Source of the DNA: Deltaproteobacteria bacterium
GTDB lineage: Bacteria; Desulfobacterota; Desulfobulbia; Desulfobulbales; Desulfurivibrionaceae
Assembly (NCBI GenBank): GCA_026388735.1
Contig: JAPLJG010000009.1
Coordinates: forward strand, 362 to 64,361
Length of the DNA: 64,000 nt
Reading direction: 5' to 3'
Part shown: piece by piece, positions 1-8,880 of the stretch
Numbering within the stretch: position 1 is the stretch's first letter
Layout: every line of letters begins with the position of its first letter
The notes under the pieces: generated by a model
Seen by the model: the letters and a program-made list of their open reading frames with translations, nothing else
Database searches by the model: none
Told to the model about the DNA's origin: nothing
Position numbers and translations under genes: made by a program

Positions 1-32
1 CTGGAATCTGCAGTGATGGATGAGCAGGGTCT

Positions 33-1433
33 TTATTGTGTGGAAGAAAGATCACCACTATCCAGCAACGGCGGTTGTTCCGCCGCCGTTGCCATGCCAG
101 TCGCGACTTCCTGGATGATTCCCATGCGCAGATAGATGGGCCGCACTTTCTCCCTGAGGTGGGGGAGGTGTCGGGCAAAAACTGCTGCTCCGACAAGGCA
201 GCCGAGGCAGCCAAGCAGCAAGGTGTCGCGTGGGCCGAAAATGCCCGCCATTGACCCGGCCCCGAGACTTCCGAACGGCGCCACCCCGATGAACGACATG
301 GTGAAAAAGCTCATCACCCGGCCGCGCTTGTCTTCATCCAAAATCGTTTGCAAAACCGTGTTGCAGGAAGCGACCAGGGTCATACCCCCAAATCCTGCCA
401 AGGCCAGGGCGACCAGCGAGAGGATAAGGTTGCGGGACACGGCAAAGGCGGCGATGCCGACCGCGAAAAAAATCGTCGCTTTCACAATCACCATGCCGAG
501 TCCGCGGACGCTTTGGCGGGAGGCGAGATAGAGAGTGCCGACCAGGGCACCGCTGCCTGCGGCAGTCATCAAGAAGCCAAAAGTGTGCGCCCCGCCGTGC
601 AGGATGTCCTTGGCAAAGACCGGCACCAGCACGGAATAGGGCATCCCCATGAGGCTGACCACGGCAAGCAGGAGCAGGATGCTTCGGATCGGGCCAAAAT
701 TATAGGCGTAGAGAAAGCCTTCGTAGAGTTCATGGCGCAGATTCCGCCTGGGGCGCGGGGCATGGGCAGCGGGCGGGATACGCATGGCCGCAAGGGCCAC
801 AATGACCGCCAGGTAGCTGAGGGCATTGAGGACAAAACAGATTCCTTCTCCCACCGAGGCTACGAGCAAGCCGGCGATGGCCGGGCCGATGAGACGGGCG
901 CCGTTCACCAGGGAGGAATTGAGGGCAATGGCGTTTCCCAGGTCCTCACGGTGTTCGACCATCTCGACCACAAAGGATTGGCGGATCGGGATGTCAAAGG
1001 CATTGACCACGCCCAGGATCAGGCTCAGCAGGATGATCTGCCAGACCTGCACGATCCCGGTCAGCACGATAAGGGCAAGAAAGGCCGCCTGCAACAGGGC
1101 CAGGGACTGGGTGGCAAGGAGAAGACGCCGCCGGTCCCAGCGGTCAGCGAGCACCCCGGCGACAGGGGAGATGAAGATGGTCGGGATTTGGCTGGTAAAA
1201 CCGACAACCCCCAAGAGCAAGACAGAACCGGTCAGGCGGTACACCAGCCAGCTCATGGCAACATGCTGCATCCAGGTCCCGACCAGGGACACGCCTTGCC
1301 CTGCGACGAAAAGGCGGTAGTTGCGGGAACGGAGCGCCCGTAAAAGATGGCGGAGGGATGTCCTCTTCTTTTCGACCAAGATCAAAGCCTCTTCCGGCGG
1401 CAAAAGGGACGTAATTGCTTGCGTGATTTCCAA
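33..1433 (-). CDS. MFS transporter (MFS_3 / EntS-like exporter family)
   Basis: 466-aa ORF that is hydrophobic throughout (about 12 helices). It has N-terminal RNYRLFVAGQGVSLVGTWM and an ADRWDRRRLL loop typical of this MFS subfamily. The start codon at 1433 is TTG, and there is no upstream in-frame ATG. Confidence 0.8.
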   Translation of the reverse strand: MEITQAITSLLPPEEALILVEKKRTSLRHLLRALRSRNYRLFVAGQGVSLVGTWMQHVAMSWLVYRLTGSVLLLGVVGFTSQIPTIFISPVAGVLADRWDRRRLLLATQSLALLQAAFLALIVLTGIVQVWQIILLSLILGVVNAFDIPIRQSFVVEMVEHREDLGNAIALNSSLVNGARLIGPAIAGLLVASVGEGICFVLNALSYLAVIVALAAMRIPPAAHAPRPRRNLRHELYEGFLYAYNFGPIRSILLLLAVVSLMGMPYSVLVPVFAKDILHGGAHTFGFLMTAAGSGALVGTLYLASRQSVRGLGMVIVKATIFFAVGIAAFAVSRNLILSLVALALAGFGGMTLVASCNTVLQTILDEDKRGRVMSFFTMSFIGVAPFGSLGAGSMAGIFGPRDTLLLGCLGCLVGAAVFARHLPHLREKVRPIYLRMGIIQEVATGMATAAEQPPLLDSGDLSSTQ

Positions 1434-1467
1434 GCAAGGCGACGGACATCAACCGAACAATCCAGAA

Positions 1468-2250
1468 TTAAGGACGATGTCCCTTTGGTTTTCGCACGGG
1501 GGCTTTTTTGTCAGTAGCGCCTTTGGCGGTAACTTTTCCCCACTCTGCTAAATGATGTTTGTTCAGCTGCTGAATATCGGAGTTGCAGGTGCGCTCAAGG
1601 GCTGCCAGCTTTTGGCGCTCGGTTGCCAGGATTTCGAGAAGTCTGAACCGATGTTCAAACGGTGTGGCTGGCGGCAGGTTTCTCCAGTATTCTTTTTCCG
1701 TTTTATCCATGGTTCCCGTATGGTCGATGAGTATTGTGACGATCTGCATCAATCGTTTCTCGTCTGTCTTGTTCAAAATCTCGGCTATTATGGCGCTCTT
1801 CGATGGTTCCGATGCCTCAATGGCGATAATATCGCGCTGGGTAAGCGATTGTTTTTTGGCGCCTTTCTCTTGTGCTTGCACACTGACGAGGGAGTCGAAT
1901 TTCTTCTGATAGTCATTTCGGGCGGCGGCCACTATCTTTGTGTCACGCTTTATTGACTTCAGCGTGGCTTCCAGGGTTTTCAGCCTATTCTTCAGTTGCT
2001 CGCGATTTGCCTGGGCAGACTTCTGATTTTTGGCGGCGAGGCGCGCAAGTTTTTTCTCAGTGGCTTTTTTCTCAAGTTCCAGTGCCTGTTGGTGTTCTTG
2101 GAGGGTAATTTCGGTCTGATGAATAATCTGGGCCGTTCCGGTATTCTCGGGGGCTACAGGTTTTTTGTGAGTGGCCGTTGCCTTCGTCTGTGCCTGCGAG
2201 TAGGCGGGAAAAGCGCAGATCAAGATCATAATTATCAGAAGCGCTCTCAT
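1468..2250 (-). CDS. hypothetical secreted coiled-coil protein
   Basis: 260-aa ORF with the signal peptide MRALLIIMILICAFPAYSQA. The remainder is Lys/Glu/Gln-rich and heptad-like. I recognise no family. The region is visibly lower in GC than its flanks. Confidence 0.55.
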   Translation of the reverse strand: MRALLIIMILICAFPAYSQAQTKATATHKKPVAPENTGTAQIIHQTEITLQEHQQALELEKKATEKKLARLAAKNQKSAQANREQLKNRLKTLEATLKSIKRDTKIVAAARNDYQKKFDSLVSVQAQEKGAKKQSLTQRDIIAIEASEPSKSAIIAEILNKTDEKRLMQIVTILIDHTGTMDKTEKEYWRNLPPATPFEHRFRLLEILATERQKLAALERTCNSDIQQLNKHHLAEWGKVTAKGATDKKAPVRKPKGHRP

Positions 2251-2415
2251 CGTGTATTCCCGGTTTTTGTATTTTCAGAATGAAGCATGGCATCCTCTTA
2301 ATATTGTGTCGCAAAAAAATGCCCAGCGTTCAGTGGCTGACGGGCGGCAAGGATTCTAGGGAGAATCAGGTGGATGGCATTTTGTCATCCACGAAGGCGA
2401 ACAGCAAGGCAGAAA

Positions 2416-3672
2416 TCAGAAAAAACTATACAGCAGGATTGCGTTTAATGCCGCAATGAACACGCCAATCCCCCACAGCATCCATTTTTCTATGCCCGTG
2501 TTGCGGTGGATGCCCATGACCCGCGTAGACGAGGTGAGCATGATGAGGCCAAAAATCGTCCACGGCAGTTGAATACTGAGGGCCACCTGGCTCCAGATCA
2601 ACCCCTGGAAGGGGTCGGTCAGGAAAAGGATGGCCAGGGCGGCAAGGCCGATGGAGAGCACGATCCCCAGCTTGGAGTGGCTGTCTGTCACATCCAGGGG
2701 TTCGCCGAAATATCCGGCAAAGATGCTGCCGCCAGCGAGAGCCGAGGAGATGGAGGAGGAGACCCCGGCAAAGAGCAAGGCGGTGGCAAAAATCAAGGCC
2801 GCACTGTTGCCGAGCAGGGGGCGTAAGGTCTCTTCCGCCTGGGCCAGCTCGGTTACCACGGTGTGGCCGGAGAAGAAAACCGCCGCAGCCATGATGATCA
2901 TGGCGCTGTTAATCGCCCAGCCTGCGAGCATGGCGGCGATGGTGTCGATATATTCATAGCGCAGGTGCTTTTTGATGCTTTCGGCATCGCCCAGATGCAG
3001 CTGGCGGCTCTGGATGATTTCCGAATGCAGGAAGATGTTGTGCGGCATGACCACCGCCCCGATCACAGCCATGATGATCATGATGGAGCCAGGGGGTACG
3101 CAGGGGACAAAAAGGCTTTTGGCCGTGGTCGGCCAGTTGACCTCGGCGAGGAAGAGCTCATAGATGAAGGAGAGGCCGATGAGCGAGACAAAGCCGATGA
3201 TGTAGCGCTCAATGGCGCGGTAGCCCTTGCCGAGGACCACCGCGACCACGACAACGGCGGTTAGGATTGTCCCCAGAGGAACAGGGATTTTGAACAGCAT
3301 ATTGAGCCCGATGGCCGCACCGAGCAGCTCCGCCAGGGAGGTGGAGATGGAGGCCAGCATCGCGCTGCCGAGCAGGAAGGCGCTCCAGCGTTTGCCGCTG
3401 AATTTGGCCACGGCCTCAGATAAGCACAGACCCGTGACGATGCCGAGATGGGCCGCGTTGTGCTGAACCAGGATAAGGATGAGGGTCGAAAGGGTTATCA
3501 CCCACAGCAGGCTGTAGCCGAACTGCGAGCCCGCTGCCACATTGGTCGCCCAGTTTCCCGGATCGATGAACCCAATGGTGACGATGAACCCTGGACCGAT
3601 GTACTTGAGGATCTCAAGGCCGCCGAGTTTGGGCCGGTGGCCGGAAAAGAATCGGTGCAGAAAGGATTTCAT
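2416..3672 (-). CDS. mntH: Nramp-family divalent metal (Mn2+/Fe2+) transporter
   Basis: 418 aa. It carries the Nramp signature GPGFIVTIGFIDPGNWATNVAAGSQFGY and about 11 transmembrane segments. Confidence 0.9.
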   Translation of the reverse strand: MKSFLHRFFSGHRPKLGGLEILKYIGPGFIVTIGFIDPGNWATNVAAGSQFGYSLLWVITLSTLILILVQHNAAHLGIVTGLCLSEAVAKFSGKRWSAFLLGSAMLASISTSLAELLGAAIGLNMLFKIPVPLGTILTAVVVVAVVLGKGYRAIERYIIGFVSLIGLSFIYELFLAEVNWPTTAKSLFVPCVPPGSIMIIMAVIGAVVMPHNIFLHSEIIQSRQLHLGDAESIKKHLRYEYIDTIAAMLAGWAINSAMIIMAAAVFFSGHTVVTELAQAEETLRPLLGNSAALIFATALLFAGVSSSISSALAGGSIFAGYFGEPLDVTDSHSKLGIVLSIGLAALAILFLTDPFQGLIWSQVALSIQLPWTIFGLIMLTSSTRVMGIHRNTGIEKWMLWGIGVFIAALNAILLYSFF

Positions 3673-3713
3673 TAGTGCTCCGTCACCGCAGGCGTTCTAT
3701 GTCTGGTTTTGGG

Positions 3714-5120
3714 TCAGCCGTTTTGCCTGTTCAGCTTGCTGTGGTGGATGGAGTACGAGAAATAGACGATAACCCCGATCACCAGCCAGACCGCGAAGCG
3801 CACCCAGGTAACCCAGGGCAAAAATGCCATGAGCGCACTACAGGAAAAGGCGCCGAGCAGCGGGAACACCGGGTTGAGCGGGTTTTTAAAGGGCCGGTGC
3901 AGGTGTGGCTGCCTGATGCGCAGGACGATTACCCCCAGGCAGACCAAGACAAAGGCGGCCAGGGTGCCGATGTTGACCAATTCGGCCAGTTCGCCCAAGG
4001 GGATGAACCCGGCGATTGCAGAGATCAGCAGGCCGCAGAGGCCGATGACCCGCACCGGGGTCTTGGTTTTGGGGTGGACCTCCGCGAAAAACGGCGACAG
4101 CAGGCCGTCTCTGGACATGGCGAAGAATACCCTGGTCAAGCCGTAGTAGAGGACAAGCATCACCGTGGTCAAACCGGCGATGACCCCGGTGGCTACCAGG
4201 GCCGAGGCCCAGTTGATCCCGATCAGTTGGAGGGAGTGGGCCACGGGTGAGGGCACGTTCAGCTGGGTGTAAGGGACAATCCCGGTGAGCAACCCGGCGA
4301 CCACGATGTAGATGGCGGTGCAGAAAACCAGGGAAAAGAGGATGCCGAAGGGCACGTCGCGCTGCGGGTTTTTTGCCTCCTCGGCGGCGGTGGAAACCGC
4401 GTCAAAGCCAACATAGGCGAAGAAAACCATGGCCGCGCCGGCCAGCACCCCGACCGGTTTGCCTTCCGGGCTGGTGCCGCTCCAGCCAAAGGGCATGAAC
4501 GGGCTCCAGTTTTCCGGGTTGACGTGGAATATGGCTACGCCGATGAAGACCGAGATGGTCAGCAGCTTGACAAAGACCATGACCATGTTGGTGCGGGCGC
4601 TCTCCCGCATGCCCAGCATCAGCAGGACCATGAGGATCAGGACGATGCCGGCGGCGGGCAGGTTGATGATCCCGCCCACGGAGGGGGCTTTGGTCAGGGC
4701 ATCCGGCAGGGCTATGCCCATGGCGGTGAGGGCGTTGTTGAAATATCCGGCCCAACCCGTGGCCACGGCGGCGGTGGCCACCCCGTATTCGAGGATCAGA
4801 TCCCAGCCGATGATCCAGGCGATCAGCTCACCGAAGGCCACATAGCTGTAACCATAGGCGCTGCCGCAACCGCCCACCGCAGAGGCGAGTTCGGCATAGG
4901 CCAGGGCCGCAAAGGCGCAGGCGATTCCGGCGACGACAAAGGACAATACCACCGCAGGCCCGGCCTGGGTAGCGGCGGCGATGCCGGTGAGCACAAAGAT
5001 ACCGGTGCCGATGATCGCCCCGATCCCGAGTAGGGTGAGATCAAAGGCGGTGAGGCATTTGTGCAGGCCGGTATGCTCCATGTCGTCCGGGGTGGTGCTT
5101 TTGGTGCGAAAAATTTTCAT
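3714..5120 (-). CDS. APC-superfamily amino acid permease (cationic amino acid transporter-like)
   Basis: Contains the LTAFDLTLLGIGAIIGTGIFVLTG motif and 12 or more transmembrane segments. I placed the start at the internal ATG (MKIFRTK). The track ORF extends to 5228 and would overlap the upstream SH3 gene. Confidence 0.88.
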   Translation of the reverse strand: MKIFRTKSTTPDDMEHTGLHKCLTAFDLTLLGIGAIIGTGIFVLTGIAAATQAGPAVVLSFVVAGIACAFAALAYAELASAVGGCGSAYGYSYVAFGELIAWIIGWDLILEYGVATAAVATGWAGYFNNALTAMGIALPDALTKAPSVGGIINLPAAGIVLILMVLLMLGMRESARTNMVMVFVKLLTISVFIGVAIFHVNPENWSPFMPFGWSGTSPEGKPVGVLAGAAMVFFAYVGFDAVSTAAEEAKNPQRDVPFGILFSLVFCTAIYIVVAGLLTGIVPYTQLNVPSPVAHSLQLIGINWASALVATGVIAGLTTVMLVLYYGLTRVFFAMSRDGLLSPFFAEVHPKTKTPVRVIGLCGLLISAIAGFIPLGELAELVNIGTLAAFVLVCLGVIVLRIRQPHLHRPFKNPLNPVFPLLGAFSCSALMAFLPWVTWVRFAVWLVIGVIVYFSYSIHHSKLNRQNG

Positions 5121-5175
5121 GCTCTTCCTTGTGTGCACGGATTGAATTGCCTGGCCGTAGGCCGGGTGAAGAGGA

Positions 5176-5613
5176 TTACCAGCCCCAGAGGGTGTCGCGC
5201 TCAACCCAGCCGGTGAGGCCGGATTCATGCTTCACCTGGACCCATCCATTTTTGTGCTTGATGGTCCGCAGGACCACGCCCCGGTTGGCGTTGCCCACAA
5301 CGCGTTGGCTTTCTCCTGGGCCATTGCGCAGGATGGTTTTTTTATCTTCAACAATCATGTAGGGCGTCTTGCCAACCTGTTTTGCGTTGACCCATCCCCC
5401 GTCCTCCTCGAAATCCGTGACCTTGAGCCAGCTGCCCTGACGGCTGACCACCTTCAGGGGGTAGCCCACGCCCAATTCAAATTTGGTCGGGAATTTTTCG
5501 CCGGGGCCGGTATACATCTTTGCCTTGGCGCGGCTGATGCTCACCATCTCCGCGTGGGCCGCCGAGGCGAAAACGAGCAGGAAAACGAGTCCGAAGCAGA
5601 GTCGGCGGATCAT
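5176..5613 (-). CDS. secreted tandem bacterial SH3 (SH3b) domain protein
   Basis: 145 aa with a signal peptide ending ASAAHA. There are two SH3b-like units, each ending in a W-x-V/W motif (GSWLKVTDFEEDGGWV and NGWVQVKHESGLTGWV). Confidence 0.75.
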   Translation of the reverse strand: MIRRLCFGLVFLLVFASAAHAEMVSISRAKAKMYTGPGEKFPTKFELGVGYPLKVVSRQGSWLKVTDFEEDGGWVNAKQVGKTPYMIVEDKKTILRNGPGESQRVVGNANRGVVLRTIKHKNGWVQVKHESGLTGWVERDTLWGW

Positions 5614-5641
5614 GGGAAAACCTCCAGGTACGGGGTGATTA

Positions 5642-6535
5642 TTATGGTTTGCTGGCAGGGGTCAGGCCCCTGTCGGGAACGGCCAAAGGAATGCCGCCTA
5701 TTTCCAGGGAGATGGCGTCGAACTTGCAGGCCTTGTTCATGCAGGCCAGGCAGGTAATGCACTCCGGGTCATCCGGGGATTCATTGAATTTGACCCCCAT
5801 GGGGCAGACATGGTGGCAGGCCTTGCAATTGGTGCATTTGGCTTCATCAAGGTGCAGCTTGATCAGTCGGACCTTGCTGAACAGCGCGTAAAAAGCGCCC
5901 AAGGGGCAGGCGGTTCGGCAAAAGGGTCGGCTGGAAAAGACAGCCCAGGTTAGAAAGAGGATCAGGATCACGAATTTGTTCAGGAACAGCAGGCCGATGG
6001 TGTTGCGGAGGTTGGGTTGAAGCAGGAGCATGGGCAGGCCTGCTTCCAGGGTTCCGGCTGGGCAGACGAACTTGCAGAACCAGGGGTGGCCAGTGCCGAA
6101 TTCATCAATCAGCACCAGGGGCAGAACAACGACAAAGAGGAGGAGGAACATGTATTTGCCGTAGGAGAGCATGCGCGGAATCCCGAATTTTCGGGAGGGA
6201 ATCTTGTGCAGGATCTCCTGGATAAAGCCAAAGGGGCAGGCCCAGCCGCAGATCAGCCTGCCGAATAGCCCGCCGAGCACGCCGATGGAGCCGAGCACCG
6301 AAAGGCCGAAATAATGCTGGCCGTTTTCCAGAGCAAAACGCAGGCCGCCCAGCAGTTGCTGGATCGAACCCAAGGGGCAGTAGGTGGTGGAGGCCGGGCA
6401 GGAGTAGCAGTTCAGGCCGGGGGCGCAGATTACCTTGAGCGGCCCCTGATAGATGGTCTTGGTAAAGGGGAAGGCCCAGGAGCTGTTGGTGAGAAAGCCG
6501 ATGATCACCTGAACCCATTTGCGAACGAATTCCAT
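5642..6535 (-). CDS. membrane-bound 4Fe-4S polyferredoxin (NapH/MauN-like)
   Basis: 297 aa with transmembrane helices interleaved with Cys motifs CPFGFIQE and CPAGTLEAG. It ends with two ferredoxin motifs, CTNCKACHHVCP and CITCLACMNKC. Confidence 0.8.
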   Translation of the reverse strand: MEFVRKWVQVIIGFLTNSSWAFPFTKTIYQGPLKVICAPGLNCYSCPASTTYCPLGSIQQLLGGLRFALENGQHYFGLSVLGSIGVLGGLFGRLICGWACPFGFIQEILHKIPSRKFGIPRMLSYGKYMFLLLFVVVLPLVLIDEFGTGHPWFCKFVCPAGTLEAGLPMLLLQPNLRNTIGLLFLNKFVILILFLTWAVFSSRPFCRTACPLGAFYALFSKVRLIKLHLDEAKCTNCKACHHVCPMGVKFNESPDDPECITCLACMNKACKFDAISLEIGGIPLAVPDRGLTPASKP

Positions 6536-6536
6536 C

Positions 6537-6707
6537 TCAGCCTATCCCTATGCAACTCAGGCAGACCTGCATTGCCTGTTCCAGAACCCGGGCCGGTTCG
6601 CCGGTGGCAACACCGATCAGCCAGAGGAGGAGAAAAGAGGGGATTACCACAAAGGGGGCCTTGCGGAGGGGTCTTTTTTTGCGGGGCTCGCGGGTGGTCT
6701 GGCTCAT
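6537..6707 (-). CDS. possible small membrane protein (56 aa, below the ORF-track cutoff)
   Basis: My own translation is MSQTTREPRKKRPLRKAPFVVIPSFLLLWLIGVATGEPARVLEQAMQVCLSCIGIG*. It has a basic N-terminus, one transmembrane helix and GC-rich third codon positions. Its TGA lies 1 nt before the ATG of the polyferredoxin gene (TGAGATG). The Shine-Dalgarno sequence is weak. Confidence 0.35.
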   Translation of the reverse strand: MSQTTREPRKKRPLRKAPFVVIPSFLLLWLIGVATGEPARVLEQAMQVCLSCIGIG

Positions 6708-6731
6708 GGTTGTGTTTGTCCGGGATTATTT

Positions 6732-7031
6732 TCAGGCGATGTGGGCCTGGACCGCAGCGGTTTTGTCGCCCAACTTCACCTCTTTGTCGCGCCGCTCGTC
6801 GAGCACCAACTGGGTCACGACCCGCTGTACCCCGTGGGCAAATGGCAGGGCATGCAGTCGGGCAGCCAGGGCAAGAAGCGCCTGGGGTTCGCCCTCGATG
6901 ATCGTCCCCATGTCGGTCAGGGTATGGGGGACGCCTTCTCTCTGCAACGCCAGCTCAATCTCGGCCACGTATTGACCCACGCTGGGGGTTTTGGTACCCA
7001 GGGGGATGATGGTCAACTGCATGATTGCCAT
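6732..7031 (-). CDS. MTH1187/YkoF-family (DUF77) thiamine-binding-like protein
   Basis: About 99 aa starting MAIMQLTIIPLGTKTPSVGQYVAEIE..., which is typical of the MTH1187 family. The track ORF's upstream 22 aa look non-coding. Confidence 0.75.
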   Translation of the reverse strand: MAIMQLTIIPLGTKTPSVGQYVAEIELALQREGVPHTLTDMGTIIEGEPQALLALAARLHALPFAHGVQRVVTQLVLDERRDKEVKLGDKTAAVQAHIA

Positions 7032-7109
7032 GGCTCTTTCTCTAACAGGTGTTGCAAATGAAAAAAAGAAAATAACGCAGAGAGGCAATGGGTGCAAAGT
7101 AAAAAGGCT

Positions 7110-7493
7110 TTATTCGTGCTCTTTGCTTTGGAAACTCTCGATCTGGGCGGAGAGTTCATCGTCCAGCGCGTCCGGGTTCTCGGAATTGTAGTAGAGGATA
7201 TTTTTCAGATGGAAAAAACTGTCCAGGTCCATCTCGTAAAAGTGCAGGGCCAGGCCATCCTCTTCCACCCGAACCACGGTGCCTTTCATCTTCAGGCTGA
7301 GATGGCTGGTTGAGCCCACCAGCCGCAAGGTGACCAGGCAGTTTTCCCCGATCTTGTGTCCGGTAACGCCAAGCACGAAGACCCCCTTGAGACTCAGGTC
7401 CTCGGTTTCGCACTCCGCATGGTTTTGATCTGGAAAATCCAGGCCGATGATGACCTGAAACGGCACTCTGCTGTTCTTTCGCTTGTTTTCCAT
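7110..7493 (-). CDS. PilZ-domain (c-di-GMP-binding) protein
   Basis: 127 aa. It has an N-terminal RKNSR (RxxxR-like) motif and a downstream DLSLKG (D/NxSxxG) motif, which together are the two PilZ signatures. Confidence 0.75.
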   Translation of the reverse strand: MENKRKNSRVPFQVIIGLDFPDQNHAECETEDLSLKGVFVLGVTGHKIGENCLVTLRLVGSTSHLSLKMKGTVVRVEEDGLALHFYEMDLDSFFHLKNILYYNSENPDALDDELSAQIESFQSKEHE

Positions 7494-7543
7494 GGTTGAC
7501 CCTCTTGTCCTGTGGCGTGGGTTGCCTGCTCTAGGCAGCGATC

Positions 7544-8566
7544 CTATTCCGGCATGAAGAGAAAGCCCTCTCGTTCGAGTAACTGGCTGATGTTCAGTAG
7601 TTGTAGCTCCTGGTCTTCCCCGAGTCGGGCGAGACCAAAAATGTCGCCATTTTTTGCCCGAGTCAGCGAGAGCAAAGGGGGCGTTTCCTGTTCAAGGCGG
7701 CGGCAGAGAATCACCCCGTGCCAGTTTCCGTTGCTGACCACCACCAGCATGGTGGCCTCTTCGTCGGGGATGTCGGTGAGACCAATGCCCCTGGGGATCA
7801 TGAGGGGCAGGATCAGTTTTTTCAGCTTGCCGTTTTTAAGCAGGGCAAGGGGGCCTTTCATCTGGCCGGACAGGCGGCGAAACCAGCCCCCCAGGTCCTT
7901 CAGGGGAATCTGGCTGCTTTGGATATATATTTTTCTCTTTTTTGGGGAGAGCGGTCTGATCAGGGCGATGTGTTCTTCGGCAATGGCCAGGGAGAGCTTG
8001 CCGATGGTGATGGCGCGGATCATGGCCCCAGGCAGGATTGGCAGGGGTTTTGCCTCTGCGGCTTTGGCCTGCACGGGAGCCTTGGCCGCAGGGCTTTGCT
8101 CGCTCTTGGCTTGGGTCGGCTTTGGGATGGCATCGTCCAGGGAAATTGGCTCTTCCCAGGAGTCTACTAAGTCGGCAGATGACCCGGCTGGCCTGGGAGT
8201 GGCCCCTTTTTCTGCGGCCACCTTTTCCTTGAGCTTGGTAAATTTGCTGTATACCCTTTTGAACACCTCGGCATCCCTGTCCGGGTCGAACTTGCCGTCC
8301 TCATACATGTTGACCACGTGGGCCATGGTTTCCTTGAGGAAATCGATGAATTCAGGGGGAATCTGGTCCTGCCGTTTCTGGGCGTAGAGTAAAATGCTGT
8401 CTGCCATGGTCAGAATGGCCAGGGCGTTTTTCCTGGTGTTGAAACGGTTTTTCAGGCAGGTAAAGGCCGCTTGAAGGGGCTCGATTTTTCTTGGAGACAG
8501 GCTCCAGTCCTGGGAAAGGATCTCTGTTTTTAGTTTCTGAATGGATTCGTCGAGGGAAAGAATCAC
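7544..8566 (-). CDS. hypothetical protein with possible C-terminal CheW-like domain
   Basis: 340 aa with a GTG start at 8566 and GGAG 8 nt upstream. The middle is an Ala/Pro/Lys-rich linker. The C-terminal ~150 aa (AITIGKLSLAIAEEHIALIRP...MLVVVSNGNWHGVILCRRLEQE) resembles a CheW fold pattern, but this domain call is tentative. Confidence 0.55.
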   Translation of the reverse strand: MILSLDESIQKLKTEILSQDWSLSPRKIEPLQAAFTCLKNRFNTRKNALAILTMADSILLYAQKRQDQIPPEFIDFLKETMAHVVNMYEDGKFDPDRDAEVFKRVYSKFTKLKEKVAAEKGATPRPAGSSADLVDSWEEPISLDDAIPKPTQAKSEQSPAAKAPVQAKAAEAKPLPILPGAMIRAITIGKLSLAIAEEHIALIRPLSPKKRKIYIQSSQIPLKDLGGWFRRLSGQMKGPLALLKNGKLKKLILPLMIPRGIGLTDIPDEEATMLVVVSNGNWHGVILCRRLEQETPPLLSLTRAKNGDIFGLARLGEDQELQLLNISQLLEREGFLFMPE

Positions 8567-8601
8567 TGGTAATACTCCACAGCCATTGGCTTTTATAAAG
8601 G

Positions 8602-8710
8602 GAACTGTTCAGCAGCACCGCATCTGCGTCGCAGTCTCGCTACGCTGCTGGATAGTTACAAAAAGGCAAGAATCCCCGCAGACTGTGAGGCGTCGGTCTT
8701 GCTCATGCAA
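8602..8710 (+). repeat. palindromic intergenic repeat, copy A (short variant)
   Basis: The arms GAACTGTTCAGCAG (8602-8615) and CTGCTGGATAGTTAC (8645-8659) form an imperfect inverted repeat. The core CACCGCATCTGCG and the tail CGTCGGTCTTGCTCATGCAA resemble copy B at 27028-27083. Confidence 0.6.
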
Positions 8711-8880
8711 TTTTTTCATTCCAGTCAGGGGGATGATCTTTTCAGGTCAAGCTGGGCCAATGGCCTATTGTGACTGGAAATTTTGTAGAGTACTATAGCA
8801 GAAATTTCTGCGGTTTGGCAACAGGCAGTTCCGTGGTGGCCTGGTAAAAAATCCCCGAGTCGGGCGAGGAAACACGACGC

